NCBI RefSeq assembly: GCF_009914755.1
Contig: NC_060947.1
Origin: the human T2T-CHM13v2.0 reference genome, Homo sapiens
Reading direction: 5' to 3' (one strand)
DNA length: 64,000 nt
The position numbers and the translations under genes are program-made. The notes under the pieces are model-generated. The model did no database searches. It was not told the origin of the DNA and was given only the letters and a program-made list of their open reading frames with translations. How positions within the stretch are numbered: position 1 is the first letter of the stretch; each line of letters opens with the position of its first letter. Shown here in pieces: positions 1 through 15,000 of the stretch.

Positions 1-210
1 GCCAGGGGAGGGGGTTGGGGAGACAGAACCAATGAATGAGCTCTGTTCTCTTCCTCTTCTAATAAGGGCATTAATTCTGTCATGAAGATTCTGTCCTTAT
101 AATCTCATCTAACCTAATTACCTCCAAAGGTCCCATCTCGAAATGTCACTATATTGGAGGGTAGGGCTTCAATATGTAAATTTTGGAGTGACAGAAGCTA
201 GTCCACAACA
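1..210 (-). mobile_element. MLT1-type MaLR LTR fragment
   Basis: Matches the reverse complement of the MLT1 LTR start (ctcttct..taagggca..taattacctccaaagg..gggcttcaatatgtaaattttgg..aaca). Recognised from memory of the consensus. Confidence 0.7.
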
Positions 211-705
211 GGGGTAAATTAGTCTCATCTGACATGTCTGAGTCTCTGCCACAGGGCTCAGACCATTCAGCATAATCCAGTTTCTAAGCATGTCCTGAAA
301 GCCTATGGTAGGGCTGGAAACTGCAGAGATAAGTAGAGGGACCCATGAGCTGGATTATGTGTTAGAATACCTGGGTTACAGCCTTGACTGCTTCAATCTT
401 GCTGGGTAAATTGAGGGAAGTCATGTTGCTGAGCCTCACTTTCTTTGTAAAGGGAATAAGCCATACTTTCCTCAAAGTTGTGAGAATTAAATAAGCAAAG
501 GCTGACTGGCTGAAATCAGTAAGACAAAGTTTGTCATATATAGGTGTAAACTATCACATTTAGATTAAACAATAAATTCTGAAGATGGCTGACTATAAAC
601 AGCTAGTATGCACTGTTCTCATATAGAGAAATAGAAGGAGTGAGTAAATACAGCACTTTTAACTGTACTTCCAGGTACATGCATTGGGATTCATCAAGGA
701 AACAA

Positions 706-3452
706 AGCTGGACCAAAGATGGCTGACTAGAAGCAGTGAGGACTCTTGGCTCTCATGGAGAGAAATGAAAGGGGCAAGTAAATACAGCAACTTCAACTGA
801 AACATTCATGTTCTCACATTGAGACTGATCAGGGAAAGAGCTCAACCCATGCAGAAAGGAGAAAAGCAAAGCAGGGCGACAGCCCACTAGGAAAGGACAT
901 GGAGCCAAGGGAACCTCTCCCTGCCCAGGCAAACAGTGAATGAATATGTGACCCCTAGCAACCGCACTTCTTCCATGGACCTTTGCAACTCTTGGGTCAG
1001 GAGATCCCCTCATGAATCCACTCCACCAAGACTTGGTCTGACACACAAAGCTGCATGAAGTCTCTGCTAAGCAACTGCCCAGGGGTGCACAGAGTCCCAG
1101 GAGCTTTACATACTCTGGCCCCAGGATCCCTGGTCAGGGTGATTGCAACTCAGGCCAAGTGGGAGGTTGAACCTCCATATACACCCCTAGGAGGGGAGCT
1201 GAAGCCCAGAGGCCAAGTAGCATTGCCCTGTGATTCCCACTTCCTTGGCACCTCACAGGATAAGACCCACTGGTTTGGATTTCCAGCAAGCCCCCTGTTA
1301 ATGGTGTTGTGCCTACCTGGGATAGGATAGAGTTCCCAGGGGAAGGAGCAAGCCGCTATCTTTTCTGTTTGGACAACTCAGCCATTCCAGCATGTGGGTG
1401 TAGGAGAGTCCAAACCACACCAACTGAGAACTGATGGGACCTCCCAGCACAGCACAGCTGCTCTACCAAAACATGGCCAGACTGCTTCTTTAAGTGGGAC
1501 CTGATCCATTCCTCATCTTAGGGCAGGGCCTCCCAACCAAGGCCTCCAGCCAACCCCACCCATATTCTCTGGCAGACAGAGTTTTGATTTCTCCTTGGGA
1601 TGGAGTGCCGAGGGGTAGGGACGAGCCACCATCTTTGCTGTTTGGACAACTCAGTCATTCCAGCCTCTTGGCTTAGGAGAGTTCAAACCATCTGAGGGCA
1701 GAAGTGGTACCCCAGCATGACACAACTGCTCTACAAAAGCGTGGCAAGACCGCTTCTTTAAGCAGGTCCCTGATCTGTTCCTCCTCACTTGGGAGAACTT
1801 CCCAACCAGGGTCTTCAGCCTCTCCCACTGATGTTCTCTGGTTGACAAGGGTTTGAAAGCATCCTGGGACAGAGTTACTAGAGAGAGGGGCAGGCTGCCA
1901 TCTTTGCTGTTTCTGCAATTTAGCCGTTCCAGCTTTCAGGTTTTGGAGAACCCAACACCATGAGGGGCAGAAATGGTATCCCAGCACAGCTCAGCTGTTC
2001 TACAAAAGTGGGGCTAGACTGCTTCTTCAAGCAGGTCCCTGATCCTGTTTCTACTGGCTGGGTGAGACCTCTCAACCAGGGTCTCCATCCACCTCCTACA
2101 GGTGTGTTCAGGCTGGCAACAGATTTGTACACCCCTGGGACAGAGCTCCAAGAAGAAGGGGCAGGCTGCCATCTTTGCTGTTTCACAGCCTTAACTGATG
2201 ATACCTGTAGGTACTAGAAATTCTGAGGTGACTATGTTCTGGAATGGATGCCCAGCAAACCATAGTATCACTACGGTAAAGTGGTGAGACTGTTAAAAAG
2301 GAACCCTCCCTTCAAAAACTCCATCCAGAGGCCAGCAACCCCAAAGATTGAAGGTAGATAAGCCCACAAAGATGAAAAAGAATCAGTGCAAGAATGTGGA
2401 AAACTCAAAAAGCCAGAGTGCCCTCTCTCCTCCAAATGACCACATCACCTCTCCAGAAAGGGTTCAGAATGGGGTTAAGGCTGACATGGCTGAAATGACA
2501 GAAGTAGACCTCAGAATATGGATAAAAATGAACTTCGCTGAGCTAAAGGAGCAAGTTCTAACTCAATGCAAGGGAGCTAAAAATCACAATAAAACATTGC
2601 AGGAGCTGACAAAATAGCCAGGATAGAGAAAAGCATAACCAATCTGATGGAGCTGAAAAACACAATACAAGAAATTCATAATGCATTTATATGTATTAAT
2701 AGCAGAATAAACCAAGTGGAGGAAAGAATCTCAGAGCTTAAAGACTGTCTTTCTGAAATAAGACAGGCAGACAAGGATAGAGAAAAAAAGAATGAAAAGG
2801 AATAAACAAAACCTCTGACAAATATGGTATTATGTAAAGAGACCGATTCTATGACTGTTTGGTCATAGATGTTTTCCAAAATATGTTTTCCAAATTGGTT
2901 CTGCTCTCCCCTGAAAGAGCTGGGGAGAATGGAACCAATTTGGAAAACATATTTCAGGATATCATCCATAAGAACTTCCCCAACCATGCTAGACAGGCCA
3001 ACATTCAAATTCAGGAAATGCAGAGAACCCCAGTAAAATATTTCATGAGAAGATTATCCCCAAGACACATAATTATCAGATTGTCCAAAATTGAAATGAA
3101 ATAAAAAAATGTTAAGGGCAGCCAGAGAGAAAGGCCAGGTCACTTACAAAGGGAAGCCCATCAGACTAATGCATTGAGAAGCAGACTTCTCAGTGGAAAC
3201 CCTACAAGCCAGAAGACATTGGGGGTCAATATTTAACATTCTTAAAGAAAATCAATTCCAGCCCACAATTTCATATCTGGCCAAACCAAGCTTCATAAGT
3301 GAAGGAGAAATAAAATCCTTTTCAGACAAGCAAATGCTGAGGAAATTCACTGCCATCAGACCTGCATTACAAGAGCTCCTTAAGGAATAATAGAAGTGGC
3401 ATCAGAATGATCAGAATGTGGATAAATATGGAAAGGAAAAACCACTACCAGC
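706..3452 (+). mobile_element. Second L1 (5'UTR + ORF1 only) nested in the host L1 5'UTR
   Basis: New L1 start (aagatggctgactagaagcag) at ~716; repeated 5'UTR units (gccatctttgctgttt); ORF1 remnants 2348-3390. Flanked by catcaaggaaacaa (692-705) and catcaagaaaataa (3453-3466). Confidence 0.8.
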
Positions 3453-5273
3453 CATCAAGAAAATAACTCAACCCATGGAGGATGGAGAAAAACAAGGCAG
3501 GATGACTGCCCACCCAGGATCAACACAGAGCCAGAGAAGCCACCCCCACCCAGGAAAGCAATGAGTGAGTGAGTGACCTCGAGGACCCATGCTTCTCCCA
3601 TGGGTCTTTGCAACTCTTGGGTCAGGAGATTTCCTCATGAACCCACTCCACCAGGGTCTGCAGTCTGATATGCAGAGCTATGTGGAGTCTTGGCACAGCA
3701 GATGCTCAGACACACACAAAGCCCTAGGGAGCCTTAGATATCTGGGCTTCCCAGCAAAAGTGGCTACAACTTCAGCAAAGTGGGAGGTTAGACTGCCATA
3801 CATATCCCTAGGAAAAGGGCTGAATCCAGAAGGCTGAGCAGTGATGGTTTACAGGCCCTGTTTCCATGTCACCTCGCAGAATAAGACCCACTGACTTGGA
3901 ACTCTAGCCAGCTGCTGGTAGTGGCATTACATCTCTCTGAGACGGAGCTTCCAGAGAGGGGTGGGGCAGGCCACCATCTTTTCTGTTTTGCAGCCTTTGC
4001 TGTTGTTGGAGTCACCCTACAGAAAAAGTGGACAGGCTGCTTTTTAATTCGGGTCCCTGATCCTGCTTCTTCTCACTGGGTGAGACCCCCTGACCGAGGT
4101 CATCAGCCACTTTTCCTGGTGGCAGTTCTGGGCCTCCTTGGGATGGAGTTCCCAGGGGGAGGGATGGGCAGCCATCTTTGTTGTTTCACTGCCTTAGCTG
4201 TTGTTGCCTTCAGGCTCTATGGAGTCTAAGGTGACTAGGGACTGGAGCAGTCCCCCAGCACAGTGCAGCAGCTCTACAGTGAAGTGGCCAGATTGCTTTT
4301 TCACGTGGTCCCAGATCCCTTTTTACTTCATTTGGAGGAATCTCCCAGTCAAAGTCTACAACCACCCCCACCAATGTGTTTGGGCCAGGAACAGACCTAT
4401 ACCTCCTTGAGACAGAGCTCCCAGAGGGAGGAGCAGGCTGCCATCTCTGCTGTTTTGCAGCCTTCACTGTTGATATCTCAGGTGCTATAAAATCTGAGGT
4501 GACTAGGGACCGGCGTGGACCCCCAGAATACTGTAGCAGCTTTACAGAAAAGTGGACGGACTGTTACATGGGTACCCATTCCCATATCTCCTCACTGGGT
4601 GGGTCCTCCCAGCCTGGGTCTCCAGTCACAGCCCACTGGGAATATCAAGCCAGTAGCAGCTTTGCACCTCCTTGAGAGAGAGAGCCCCAGTGGGAGGAGT
4701 GGGTTGCTATATTTGCTGTCTTGCAGTGCTCATCCTTGCTGTCTCCAGGCTTTGGAGAGTCCAGGAGAACCAGGGGCCTGTCCAGACTTCCACCTCATGG
4801 AAAAGTGGCCAGACTGTTCTCCATGTAGGTCCTGGTCCTCACTTCTCCTTATTGGGCAGGGTCACCCTACCTGGGACCCCAGTACATCCACCCTGCACTT
4901 GCCTGACCATTTCAATCAGAGACAGCCCAGTAGTTAAAGAAACACCACAAGCAGAGATGAGAAAGAACCAATGAAATAACTCTGGCAACTCAGATGGCCA
5001 GAGTGTCTTATGTCCTCCAAATGATTACACTAGGTCTCCAACAAGGGTTCTTAACCACAATTAGTTTGCTGAAATAATAGAAATAGGATTCAGAGTATGG
5101 ATAGGAACAAAGATCATCAAGATTTAGGATAGCAAAACCCAATCCAAGGAAACTAAGAATCACAATAAAATGATGCAGGAGTTGACAGACAAAATAGCTA
5201 GTATAAAAAAGAACATAACTGATAAGAGAGAGCTGAAAAACACACTACAAGAATTTCAGAATGCAATCAGAAG

Positions 5274-5580
<307 letters not shown>

Positions 5581-6259
5581 ATATTAAAAGCAGAATAGAC
5601 CAAGCTGAGGAAAGAATATTGCAACTTGTCGACTGGCTCTCTGAAATAAGACAGTCAGACAAAATTAAAGTGAAATGAATGAATAGGAATGAATAAAATA
5701 TCTGAGAAATATGGGATTATGTAAAAAGGCCAAATCTATGAATCACTGGCATCCCTGAAAGTGATGAGAGAAAACAAACAACTTGGAAAACTTGGTATAT
5801 TTAAGGATACTATCCATGAAAACTTTCCCAACCTCATTAGAGAGGCCGACAGTCAGATTCAGGAAACACAGAGAACCTCTGCAAGATTCTACACAAAAAA
5901 ATTACCCCCAAGACACATCACCATCAGATTTTCTAAGGTCGAAATGAAAGAAAAAAATTAAAGACAGCTAGAGAGAAAGGGTAGGTCACCTACAAAAGCA
6001 ACTCCACCAGGCTAACAGTGAACCACTCAGCAGAAACCCTATAAGCCAGATGAGATTGAGGGCCTATATTCAACATTCTTAGAGAAAAAAAATCTACAAC
6101 TGAGTATTTCATATTCTGCCCAACTAAGCTTCCTCAGTGAAGAAGAAACAGGATCCTTTTCAGATAAGCAAATGCTGAGAGAGTTTGTTATCACCAGACC
6201 CACCTTACAAGAGAGCTTGAAAGGAGCACTAAATATGGAAAGGAATGATTATTACCAGC

Positions 6260-8700
6260 TGATATGGTTTGGATCTGTGTCCCCACTCAAATCATAAGTT
6301 CAATTATAAACCTCAATGCTGGAGGTGGGGCCTGGTGGGAGGTGATTGGATCACTGGAGTGGATCCTTCAGAAATGGTTTAAAACCATCCCTTTGGTGCT
6401 GTTTTCATGATGGTGAGCTCTCATAAGATCTGGTTGTTTAAAAGTGTGTGGCACCTCCCATTCTCTCTCTTCCTCCTTATCTGGCCATGTGAAGTGCTGG
6501 TTCTCCTTTGCCTCCCACCATGGTTGTAAATTTCCTGAGTCCTCCCCAGAAGCAAAGCAGATGCTGCCATGCTTCCTGTACAGCCTGAAGAACTGTAAGT
6601 CAATTAAACTTTTTTCTTTATAAATTTCCCATCTCAGTTGTTTTTTTATAGCAGTTCAAGAACAAGTTAATACAGAACATTGGTATCAGGAGTTAGATAT
6701 TGCCATAAAGGTACTTGAAAATGTGGAAGCAGCTTTGGAACTGGGTAATGGGCAGAGGTTGGAGGAGTTTGGAGGGCTCAGAAGAAAACAGGAAGATGAG
6801 GGAAAGTTTGGAACTTCATAGAGAGTTGTTAAATTTTTGTGGCCAAAATGCTGATAGTGATATGGACAGTGAAGTCCAGGCTCAGGAGGTTTCAGATGGA
6901 GATGAGGAACTTATTGAGAACTAGAGTAATGGTCACTCTTGCTATGATTTAGCAAAGAGACTGGCAGCATTGTTCCCCTGCTCTACGGATCTGTGGAACT
7001 TTGAACTTGAAAGTGATGATTTAGGGTATCTAGTGGAAGAAATTTCTAAGAAACAAAGTGTTCAAGATGTTTCTTGGCTGCTTCTAACAGCATATGCTCA
7101 TATGTGGGAGAGCAAAGAGATGATCTGAAATTGGAACTTATATTTGAAAGGGAAGCAGAGCATAAAAGTTTAGAAAATCTGCAGCCTGACCATGTGGTAG
7201 AAAAGAAAAACCCATTTTCTGGGGGTAGGAATTCAAGCTAGCTGTAGAAATTTGCATAACTAAAGAAAAGCTGAATGTTAATAGCCAAGACAATTGGGAA
7301 ATGCCTTGAATGCATTTAAGAGACCTTTGTGGAAGCACCTCCCATCACAGGCCCACAGGCCTAGGAGGGAAGAATGGTTCTGTGAGCTAAGCCCAGAGTC
7401 CTAGTGCCCTGCACAACCTTAGGACACTGATCCCTGTGTTCCTGTCACTCCAGGTCCAGCCATGGCTAAAAGATCCCCAGATACGTCTCAGGGTGCTGCT
7501 CCAGAGGGCTCAAGCCACAATCCTTGGTGGCTTCCATGTGGTGCTAAGCCTGTGGGTGTACAGAAGGCAAGAGTTGAGGCTTGGGAGGCTCCAACTAGAT
7601 TTCAGAGGCTGTATGGCAATGTCTAGATGTCCATGCAGAAGTCTGCTGCAGGACAGCCCTCATAGAGAACCTCTTTCAGGGCAGTGAGGAAGGGAAATGT
7701 GGGGTTGGATTCCCCACACTGAGTCCCCACTGGGGCACTGCCTAGTGGAGCTGTGAGAAGAAGGCCACTATTTTCCAGACCCCAGAATTGTAGATCCACT
7801 GGAAGCTTGCACTCTGTGCCTGGAAAACCTGCAGGCATTCAATGCCAGACCTTGAGAGCAGTGGTGGTGACAACCCTGCAAGGCCACAGGGGCGGGACTG
7901 TCCAAGGCCTTGGGAGTCCACCACTTGCACCAGTATGCCCTGAATGTATGACCTGGAGTCAAAGGAGACTATTTTGGGGTTTTAGAATTTAATGGCTCTC
8001 TGCTGGGTTTTGGACTTGCATGGGGCTTGTAGCCTTTTTTTTGTCTGATTTTTCCCTCTTGAAATGTGAGTATTTAACCAATGCTTATTCCTCCATTGTA
8101 TCTTGGAAGTAGGTAGCTTTTTAAAATTTTATGGGCCCATAAGCAGAATGGACTAGCATTGTCTCAGATGAGAGTTTGGACTTTTGAGTTAATGAAGAAT
8201 GAGTTGAGACTTTGGGAGACTGTTAGAAAGGCATGATAGCATTTTGCAATGTGAGAAGGACATGAGATTTGGAAGAGGTCAGGGGAAGAATGATATGGTT
8301 TGGATCTGTGTCTCCACCCAAATCTCATGTTCAATTATAATCCTCAATGTTGGAGGTAGGGCCTGGTGGGAGGTGATTGGATCATGGGGGTGGATCCTGC
8401 ATGAATGGTTTAACACCATCTCTTTGGTGCTGTTATCATCATGGTGAAATCTGGTTGTTTAAAAAGTGTGTGGCACCTCCCCCCTCTCTTGATTCCTCCT
8501 ACTCTAACCATGTGAAGTGCTGGCTTCCCCTTTGTCCTCCACCACAACTGTAAGTTTCCTGAGGCCTCCACAGAAGCTGAGCAGATGCTGCCATGCTTCC
8601 TGTACAGCCTGAAGAATGGTGAGCAAATTAAACCTTTTTTCTTTATAAATTACCAAGACTCAGGTATTTCTTTATAGTGGTGTGAGAACAGACTAATTCA
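6260..8700 (+). mobile_element. Complete MSTA-type MaLR element (LTR 6260-6674, internal region, LTR 8291-8700)
   Basis: Two LTRs, each starting tgatatggtttggatctgtgt and ending in ca; MST-internal sequence between them; 5-bp TSD ccagc at 6255-6259 and 8701-8705. Confidence 0.92.
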
Positions 8701-10158
8701 CCAGCCATTATAAAAACACACTTAAGTACACAGACCAGTGACACTATAAAGCAACCACACAAATAAGCTGGCATAGTAACCAGCTGACAACAAAATGACA
8801 AGATCCAATCTACCCATATCCATACTAACGTTGAATGTAATGAGCTAAATGCCACATTTAAAAGACATAGAGTGACAAGCTGGACAAAAAAGCAATACCC
8901 AATGGTATGCTGTCTTCAAGAGACCCATCTCATGTACAATGGCACACATAGTCTCAAAAGAAAGGGATAGAGGAATATTTATTAAGCAAATGGAAATCAG
9001 AGAAAAAGCAGTGCTTGCAATCCTAAATTCAGATAAAATGGACTTTAAATCAACAAAGATTAAAAAGAAAAACAAAAAATGACATTCCATAATGGTAAAA
9101 GATTCAATTCAACAAGAAGACTAACTATCCTAAATATATATGTACCCAACACAGGAGTGCCCAGATTTATAAAGAAACTTCTTAGAGACCTAAAAAGAGA
9201 TGTAGACTGCTGCACAGTAATAATGGGAGACTTCAACACTACACTGACAGTATTAGACAGATCATCAAGGCAGAAAATTAGCAAAGATATTCAGGACCTG
9301 AGCTCAAAATTAGACCAAATGGATCTGATAGACCTCTACAGAACATTCCATGCCCAAACAACAGAATATACATTCTTTTCATTGCCCCATGGCACATACT
9401 CTAAAATAGACCACACAATTGGACATAAAACAATCCTTAGCAAATGCAGAAGTATCAAAATCATACCAAACACATTTTCAGACCACAGTGCAATAAAACA
9501 GAAATAAAGAATAAAAAATGTTCAAAATCATGCAATAACGTGGAAATTAAACAACCTGCTCCTGTATGACTTTTGGGTAAATAATAACATTAAGACAAAT
9601 CAAGAAGTTCTTTGAAGCTAATGAGAACAAAGATACAACATACCAGAATCTCTGGGACACAGATAAGAAAGAGTTATGAAGAAAATATATAGCAGTAAAT
9701 GCCCATATCATAAAGTTAGAAAGACCTCAAAATGCTTGCAAACCAAATCCAGCAGCACATCAAAAAGTTAATCCATCATAATCAAGTAGGCTTTATCCCT
9801 GGGATGTAAGGTTGGTTCAACATATGCAAGTCAATAAATGTGATTCATTAGTTAAAAAGTACTAAAGACAAAAACCACATTATTATTTCAATAGATGCAA
9901 AAATCCTTTTGATAAAATTCAACATCCCTTCATGTTGAAAACTCTCAATAAGCTATTTATTGAAGGAACATATTTCAAAAGAATAAGAGCCATCTATTAC
10001 AAACTCACATCCAACATCATACTGAATGGGCAAAAGCTAGAAGCATTCCACTTAAAAACCGGCATAAGACAAGGTTGCCCTCTTTCACCACTCCTATGCA
10101 GCATACTATTGGAAGTCCTAGACAGAGAAACCAGGTGAGAGAAAGAAATAAAGGGCAT

Positions 10159-10705
10159 TGTATTTGTCAGGGTTCTCTAGAGGCACAGTACTAATAGGAT
10201 AGATGTATATATGAGAGAGAGTTTGTTAAAGAGTGTTGACTCACACAATCACAAGGTGAAGTCCCATAGTAGGCTGTCTGCAAGCTGAGGAGCAAGGAAG
10301 CCAGTCTGAGTCCCAAAACCTCAAAAGTGGGGAAGCCAACAGTGCAGCCTTCAGTCTGTGATCAAAGGCCTGAGAGTCCCTGGCAAACCACTGCTGTAGG
10401 TCCAAGAGTCCAAAAGCAGAAGAACTTGGAGTCTGATGTTCTAAGGCAGGAAACATCCAGCATGGGAGAAAGATGGAGGCCAGAAGATTTAGCCATTCAA
10501 GTCCTTCCATGTCTTCTCCCTGCTTTTATCCTAGCCATGCTGGCAGCTGATAGATGGTGCCCACCTAGATTGAGGGTGGGTCTGCCTCTCCTAGTCCACT
10601 GACTTAAATGTTAATCTCCTTTGCAACACCCTCACAAACCCACCCAAGAACAATACTTTGCATCCTTCAATCCAATCAAGTTGACACTCAATATTAACCA
10701 TCACA
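10159..10705 (-). mobile_element. MLT2A-type (HERV-L) solo LTR in L1 ORF2
   Basis: Ends in aagttgacactcaatattaaccatcaca, the reverse complement of the MLT2A start. TSD ggcat/agcat. L1 ORF2 reads on across the insertion. Confidence 0.88.
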
Positions 10706-11169
10706 AGCATCCAAATAGGAAGAGAGAAATTCAAACTATTCCTGTTTGCAGACAACATGATTCTATATCTAGAAAACCCCCATAGTCTCAGCCCAAAAGC
10801 TCTTTAAGCTAATAAACAACTTCATAAAGTTTCAGAATACTAAATCAATGTACGAAAATCAGTAGCATTCCTATGCAACAACAGTCAAGCTGAGAGCCAA
10901 ATCAGGAATGCTATCCCATTCACATTTGCCACAATTATAAAATACCTAGGAATACAACTAACCAGTTAGGAGAAAGTTCTCTGTAATGATAATTACAAAA
11001 CACTGCTCAAAGAAATCAAAAATGACACAAAGGGAAAAACATTCCATGCTTATGGACAGGAGAAATCAGTATCATTAAAATGGCCATACTGCCCAAAGCA
11101 ATGTACAGAGTCAATACTATATCAAACTACCAATGACATTTTTCACCAAACTAGAAAAAAATATTTTAA

Positions 11170-11585
<416 letters not shown>

Positions 11586-12402
11586 CTACAGGGCTACAAC
11601 AACCAAAATAGCATGGTACTCATAGAAAAACAGACACATAGACCAATTAAACAGATTAGAGAGCCCAGAAATAAGGACACACACCTACAACCATCTGAAC
11701 TTTGACAAAGCTGACAAAAGCAACAGGAAAAGGACTCCCTATTCAATAAATGGTGCTGAGATAACTGGCTAGCACTATGCAGAAGATTGAAACTGGACCT
11801 CATCCTTATACAATATATAAAAATCAACTCTAGATGGATTGAAGACTTAAATGTAAATCCCAGAACTATAAAAACCCTGGAAGACAACGTAGGCAATACC
11901 ATTCTGGACATAAGAACTAGCAAAGAGTTCATGATGAATCCACCAAAAGCAACTGCAACAAAAGCAAAAATTGACAGATGGGAAATAATTAAACTAAAGA
12001 GCTTTTGCACAGCAACAGAAACTATCAACAGAGTAAACAGACAACCTACAGAACAGGAGAAAATATTTGCAAACTATGCAACATACAAAGGTCTAACATC
12101 CAGCATCTATAAGAAACTTTAACAAATTTCCAAGAAAAAAACAAACAAACAACCCTATTAAAAAGTGGGCAGAGAACATTAATAGACATTTATCAAAAGA
12201 AGACATACATGTGGCCAACATGCATATGAAATAAAGCTCAATATTCCTGATGACTAGAGAAATGCAAATCAAAACTACAATGAGAGACCATCTCACAGCA
12301 GTCAGAATGGCTATTATTAAAATATCAAAAAAATAAAAGATACTGGCAAGCTTGTGGAGAAAAGAGAACACTTTTTTGTAAAATTAAAATAGAGTTTATT
12401 AG

Positions 12403-12738
<336 letters not shown>

Positions 12739-13152
12739 TAGTTTAGAACACTAATCTCTTTTTAATATTTCAAATTTAGGTGACTTTGTTATCAGTCTCC
12801 TAAAATTATTTGCTCCTTGCCTTTTAAAGCCTGAAGTAAGACTTCCTAAGGGTTATGTAAGTAGTTTCTTAAATAGCAGGACTTAATGGGACACCTACAG
12901 CTTGGTAACGTAGGATGATAAAAGAACTGTTCATATCACCTTCTATCATTAGGGTCCATTTCCTTTTATTACATGCTAATTAACACTGCTCTTCAAAATC
13001 TTCCTTTACATTAAAGAAACTTTGGTGATCAAAGCATATAGAGCACAACCCTGCAAGTAGCTACTTTTAAAAAGAGGAGGGCATTTTATGGAGATACAAG
13101 GTATTCCAAAAGTTTAGTGTAATTTTAAGCTTTGATATATGTAGAAGTATAA

Positions 13153-13963
<811 letters not shown>

Positions 13964-14221
13964 ATTTTTTCAAACGATGTTTTTTAAAAGGTTCATAGCA
14001 TTTATACTCACGCTGCAGTGCCTTCGAGGGCCTGAGCTATATTAAAGCTTAAAACCGCTTTACTTTTTTTTTTCATTGTCACTAAGCCACCATGTTGGTT
14101 GGCATTATGAAAATATGTATTAATACACTTATTTAACAAGGGAAAAATTATCAGAAAATGAGAAGCATCATTCTTAGTTCACAAGAAATGCAACATGGAC
14201 CCCAATAGAAGAAGGAGAAGT

Positions 14222-15000
14222 CATGCAGCCAACAAAGATATGAAAAAATGCTCATCATCACTGGTCATTAGAGAAATGCAAATCCATGTCATGCCAGTTA
14301 GAATGGTGATCTTTAAAAAGTCAGGAAACAGCAGATGCTGGAGAGGATGTGGAGAAATAGGAATGCTTTTACACTGTTGGTAGGAGTGTAATATTAGTTC
14401 AACCATTGTGGAAGACAGTGTGGTGATTCCTCAAGGATATAGAGCTAGAAATACCATTTGACCCAGTGATTCCATTACTGGGTATATACCCAAAGGATTA
14501 TAAATCATGCTACTATAAAGACACATGCACATGTATGTTTATTGCAGCACTATTCACAATAGCAAGACTTGGAACCAACCCAAATGTACATCAGTGATAG
14601 ACTGGATTATGAAAATGTGGCACATACACACCATGGAATACTATGCAGCCATAAAAAAGGATGAGTTCATGTCCTTTGCTGGGACATGGATGAAGCTGGA
14701 AGCCATCATTCTCAGAAAACTATCACAAGAACAGAAAACTAAACACTGCATGTTCTCATTCATAAGTGGGAGTTGAACAATGAGAACACATGGACACAGG
14801 GAGGGAAATATCACACACCGAGGCCTGTTGGGGGGTGGGGGGATAGGGGAGGGATAGCATTAGGAGAAATACCTAATATAGGTGACGGGTTGATGGGTGC
14901 AGCAAACCACCATGGCACATGTATACCTGTGTAACAAAACTGCACGTTCTGCACATTACCCCAGAACTTAAAGTATAATAAAAAATAAATAAATAAAAGA
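14222..15000 (+). mobile_element. 5'-truncated L1PA (L1PA7/8-like) inside the retrocopy 3'UTR
   Basis: ORF2 C-terminus (..[11 protein letters not shown]..), L1 3'UTR and A-tail. Confidence 0.9.

Noticed and set aside
1330-2270. Regularly spaced gccatctttgctgttt repeats resembling an array
   Set aside because: These are repeated units of the old L1 5'UTR (also at 3960-4720), not a CRISPR-like array.
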